From: a virus | Lineage: Duplodnaviria > Caudoviricetes | IMG/VR virus record: IMGVR_UViG_3300007863_000018 | Coordinates: 1 to 25,573 of that record | Length of the DNA: 25,573 nucleotides | Strand: one strand, 5' to 3' | Shown here: positions 22,709 to 25,573 of the stretch, piece after piece | How positions within the stretch are numbered: position 1 is the first letter of the stretch | Layout of the letters: each line of letters opens with the position of its first letter | Translations under genes and position numbers: made by a program | Notes under the pieces: generated by a model | What the model was told of the DNA's origin: nothing | Seen by the model: the letters and a program-made list of their open reading frames with translations, nothing else | Database searches by the model: none

Positions 22709-23071
22709 TTAGAAGGCAAATTTGCCACCAAGCTTGAGGCCATAGCCAGCGTCGATGTCCTCGTACTTAGCAAAGGAGACCTCGCCGTAAACGTCAAAAT
22801 TTTCTGCTACTGCTGCGCTAACACCAGTTTTTGCAGAGAAACCAACCTCGGTCTCGCCACCATCAGGCTGTAGCCATGAAGGTCCTCCCTGGATGAAAAA
22901 TGCACCTTTTTCATAACCGATGCCAGCGTCCATAACAGCGCCGCCAAAGTTTGAGCCACTCCAAGCGCCGTTCCATTCTGGGTTGATGTAGAAGCCATCA
23001 GCCTGTGCAGATGGAGCTAAGGCAACACCGCAAGCAACAACGCCAGCAGCACACAATAAAGATTTGATCAT
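22709..23071 (-). CDS. Small outer-membrane beta-barrel protein
   Basis: Signal peptide ending APSAQA, alternating beta-strand pattern, and a C-terminal YGLKLGGKFAF ending in Phe (BAM/Omp85 signature). Confidence 0.85.
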   Translation of the reverse strand: MIKSLLCAAGVVACGVALAPSAQADGFYINPEWNGAWSGSNFGGAVMDAGIGYEKGAFFIQGGPSWLQPDGGETEVGFSAKTGVSAAVAENFDVYGEVSFAKYEDIDAGYGLKLGGKFAF

Positions 23072-23096
23072 GAAACTAAGCAAAACCACTCAAAGT

Positions 23097-23147
23097 TTAC
23101 CTGCCTTGAGCCCTAAATGACTTCCTTCCATGGGACGGTTTAGTCAT
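23097..23147 (-). CDS. Possible 16-aa basic micro-ORF MTKPSHGRKSFRAQGR
   Basis: Hand translation. ATG lies just inside the 3' end of 23140..23328. Confidence 0.3.
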   Translation of the reverse strand: MTKPSHGRKSFRAQGR

Positions 23148-23328
23148 CGGTGCTCATTGTGTGGCTGTGCTTCTTCATCAGCCCTGTATACAAACCGTGC
23201 ATCGGATGATTTTTATCATCACGACCCTCGTACTTATACAAAGCCTCAATCCAAGCTTGCTTGTTTCGCATTGCTGGAACGTCTTCCGCTCCAGGCTTGC
23301 CGGGGATCATTGGATCAGGTCTTCTCAT
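23140..23328 (-). CDS. Cyanophage-type hypothetical protein (62 aa)
   Basis: RPDPMI..KPGAED..AM.N...W...LY..EGRD...HP.HGLYTGL. Confidence 0.8.
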   Translation of the reverse strand: MRRPDPMIPGKPGAEDVPAMRNKQAWIEALYKYEGRDDKNHPMHGLYTGLMKKHSHTMSTDD

Positions 23329-23552
23329 CAGCTACCAGCGGTGATGGCAGCGTTCAAAGGCGCAAGGTCTTCTGTTGTCCAGTAGTCCTTGGCGACCATG
23401 ATTTGCAGATGTTCAACATTGCGTGAAACGGTGCTTGTCTCGTCGGCGTCACGAGAGTCAAGAGCCATCAGCTCGTTGATCAAGTTGACGCTATCCATTG
23501 CCGCAGAATAGTGCTGAGCGATTTCAGCGGCTGTGGGTGTGTTGTCAGGCAT
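23328..23552 (-). CDS. Small protein after the tail fibre, possible fibre assembly factor
   Basis: EIAQHYSAAMDSVNLIN...RNVEHLQIMVAKDYWT. Overlaps the fibre stop. Confidence 0.75.
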   Translation of the reverse strand: MPDNTPTAAEIAQHYSAAMDSVNLINELMALDSRDADETSTVSRNVEHLQIMVAKDYWTTEDLAPLNAAITAGS

Positions 23553-25573
23553 TGGCTTTAAGCTGTTCCACTTCAGATTTTAACTCTTGAATGGCTTTTA
23601 CAAGCATTGGAACAAGTTTTCCGTAAGAAGCCTCTAAACGCTCGGGGTTTTCGTCCATCACAAGCCCTAAGTAATCAGCATTAGAAGTGGACTGAGCAGA
23701 TTGCAGATCTTGAGCAATAAAACCTGCCTCGTACGTTCCGTCCTTGCTGTTGCCATCGCGAGTTTGCCACTTGAACTTGACGGGGTTCAAGCTGTTGATA
23801 AATTCAAGACCTTCAGGAAGTTCTGTGACTTCGGCCTTGTCACGACCATCAGAGAGACTACTGATTGTTTGAGTGTTACAGCGAAGAGTTGCAATACTGG
23901 TGTGGCCTAATGTGATTTCATTGCTGACGGAGCTGCTAGACGCTGCTGCATCTTTGCCAATGAGTACAACATTGGTACCGTTAACTGAATACCCTGCATA
24001 ATCACCAATAATTACATTACTGCTGCCGCTTACTGAATATCCAGTCCAGCCCGACCCCGCTCCAATAATAATGTTGTTGCTTCCCGAGGTTGAATACCCA
24101 GCCTTCCCTCCAACATAGGTGTTGTAACTGCCGCTAGTGTTTCCAATATAACTGCAAAGCAATACGTTGTAACTGCCAGTTGTTATTGATGAGCCGATAT
24201 TGCTGCCACCAGCGATTAAATTGTATGTGCCTGTTGTTATGTTTTTCCCGGATTCATGCCCAATAACTGTGTTACGGGTACCAGTTGTATTGTTTTGCAG
24301 AGCAGCATATCCAACAGCAGTGTTATACGAAGCGGTTGTATTGAGATACATAGCATCGGATCCAACGGCAACATTCTGACTACCAGTAGTGACCGCACGC
24401 AAAGCTTGGTATCCAACAGCAGTATTGTTACCGCCGTCTGAAAGATTAACCGCACCACAAGTTTCATAACCAATGGCTGTGTTGTTAGCACCCTGGTTCC
24501 ACTTACCAGCTCCATAACCAAAACCTACCCCTTTGGTGTGGTTTGATCGCTCAGCAAAACAATCGGCTCCGACAAATGTCTCATAATTCGATGCAAACTG
24601 CCCTGCTCTACTGCCAAAAGCCGTGTTGTATTGAGAGGTTGTTGAAGTCCCTGATAATGCAGATCTGCCCACGGCAGTGTTATAACTACCAGTGGTGGTG
24701 GATCCTAGAGCTCCAGAGCCAAAAGCTGTATTCCAACGGCCAGTCGTATTAGAATCAAGAGCTTCATGGCCGCTAGCTGTGTTGTTATCGCCTGTAGTGT
24801 TGTTCCTTAGAGCTTCGTATCCGACAGCTGTATTCGCCTCAGCAGTTGTATTCGCAGTAAGAGTATAATACCCAACAGCAGTGTTATACGAACCGGTGCT
24901 ATTCCAATACAAACTAGCTTCTCCAACGCCAACACTTTGTACTCCAGTAGTGTTATAGTGTAAAGTTTGACCTCCAACGGCAATATTTTGGTGGCCAGTG
25001 GTATTACTATGAAGAGCCTTCCATCCAAAAGCATGGTTACTATAACCAGTCGTATTAACCTTAAGAGATTCATGGCCAACAGCTACACCACCAAAACCAG
25101 TGGTGTTTGCATTTAATGCGTTGTATCCAACAGCCGTAGCTTCATTATTAGACCCATCGTCATTAGCAAGAGCACCAGTACCCAAGCCGATAGTTTGACC
25201 ACTGTCGTTAGTAACAGCATCAGACAGTCCATTGATGTCAGACGCTCCACCACCACCTGCATCTGCGAGCGTAATGTTGCCGTTACTTGAGTTGTAGGTA
25301 AGGACTTGACCGTTAGACGCTCCAGATTGAAGTCCAGGGATACGGAAGCTGGTGATGCTGCTATTGCCTAAGGTGATCTCGTTAGAAACCGTAGCTGAAC
25401 TTGAGTTAACATCATAACCAATAACAATATTATTAGCGCCACTGGTTAAGCTACTTGCGGAGTTGTACCCAATAGCAATGTTTTGACTTCCAGTTGCGTC
25501 TTTAAGGCTATAGTTACCGATACCTACCGAAAATTCACCTGTCTGAACATCTTCGCCAGACTGCACCCCGATA
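23545..25573 (-). CDS. Tail fibre/receptor-binding protein with ~14-aa G.xNTAVG..AL..NTT repeats and a C-terminal peptidase S74 chaperone; 5'-truncated by the window edge
   Basis: Many YadA-head-like repeats. SDGRDK...INSLNPVKFKW...GFIAQD...LVKAIQELKSEV. The frame stays open to 25573. Confidence 0.9.
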   Translation of the reverse strand, partial: IGVQSGEDVQTGEFSVGIGNYSLKDATGSQNIAIGYNSASSLTSGANNIVIGYDVNSSSATVSNEITLGNSSITSFRIPGLQSGASNGQVLTYNSSNGNITLADAGGGGASDINGLSDAVTNDSGQTIGLGTGALANDDGSNNEATAVGYNALNANTTGFGGVAVGHESLKVNTTGYSNHAFGWKALHSNTTGHQNIAVGGQTLHYNTTGVQSVGVGEASLYWNSTGSYNTAVGYYTLTANTTAEANTAVGYEALRNNTTGDNNTASGHEALDSNTTGRWNTAFGSGALGSTTTGSYNTAVGRSALSGTSTTSQYNTAFGSRAGQFASNYETFVGADCFAERSNHTKGVGFGYGAGKWNQGANNTAIGYETCGAVNLSDGGNNTAVGYQALRAVTTGSQNVAVGSDAMYLNTTASYNTAVGYAALQNNTTGTRNTVIGHESGKNITTGTYNLIAGGSNIGSSITTGSYNVLLCSYIGNTSGSYNTYVGGKAGYSTSGSNNIIIGAGSGWTGYSVSGSSNVIIGDYAGYSVNGTNVVLIGKDAAASSSSVSNEITLGHTSIATLRCNTQTISSLSDGRDKAEVTELPEGLEFINSLNPVKFKWQTRDGNSKDGTYEAGFIAQDLQSAQSTSNADYLGLVMDENPERLEASYGKLVPMLVKAIQELKSEVEQLKANA

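Noticed and set aside
23545-25573. Diversity-generating retroelement target in the Asn-rich tail fibre
   Set aside because: No reverse transcriptase and no TR/VR pair differing only at adenines was seen. The repeats are protein-level and diverge at the DNA level.
1-25573. tRNA genes, integrase/att site, transposase, photosynthesis genes (psbA, hli)
   Set aside because: I recognised no cloverleaf or catalytic motifs for these by eye. Absence applies only to this window and was not tool-verified.

Overview
This window reads as about 25.6 kb of a tailed dsDNA phage of picocyanobacteria, most likely a Synechococcus/Prochlorococcus siphovirus with lambda-like packaging. The assignment is inferred from the cyanobacterial-type thyX, cyanobacterial LexA-box motifs and many small genes of cyanophage type. 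Layout: (i) 1-2810 is a probable genome-end region with a cosQ-like GGGTCCT, six cyanobacterial LexA-type boxes, two Fur-type boxes, a 23-copy GTGCGCCT tandem array, and a short minus-strand operon with its own promoter and terminator. (ii) 2811-5930 holds minus-strand genes, including a dNMP kinase, an apparently inactive NAD-ligase-like domain and an NblA-like peptide. (iii) 5980-8922 holds an origin-like repeat tract and a primase-helicase. (iv) 9068-16523 is a plus-strand replication/recombination operon (SF2 helicase, VRR-NUC, DEDDh exonuclease, RecE-like exonuclease, ThyX). (v) 17945-19800 holds dCTP deaminase, a C39-like peptidase (candidate endolysin) and membrane genes. (vi) 19827-23071 is a cassette of secreted, membrane and outer-membrane proteins. 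(vii) A tail fibre with an S74 chaperone runs off the right edge. I saw no integrase, DNA polymerase, terminase, capsid, tRNA or CRISPR array. All family calls come from reading motifs by eye, with no database searches.
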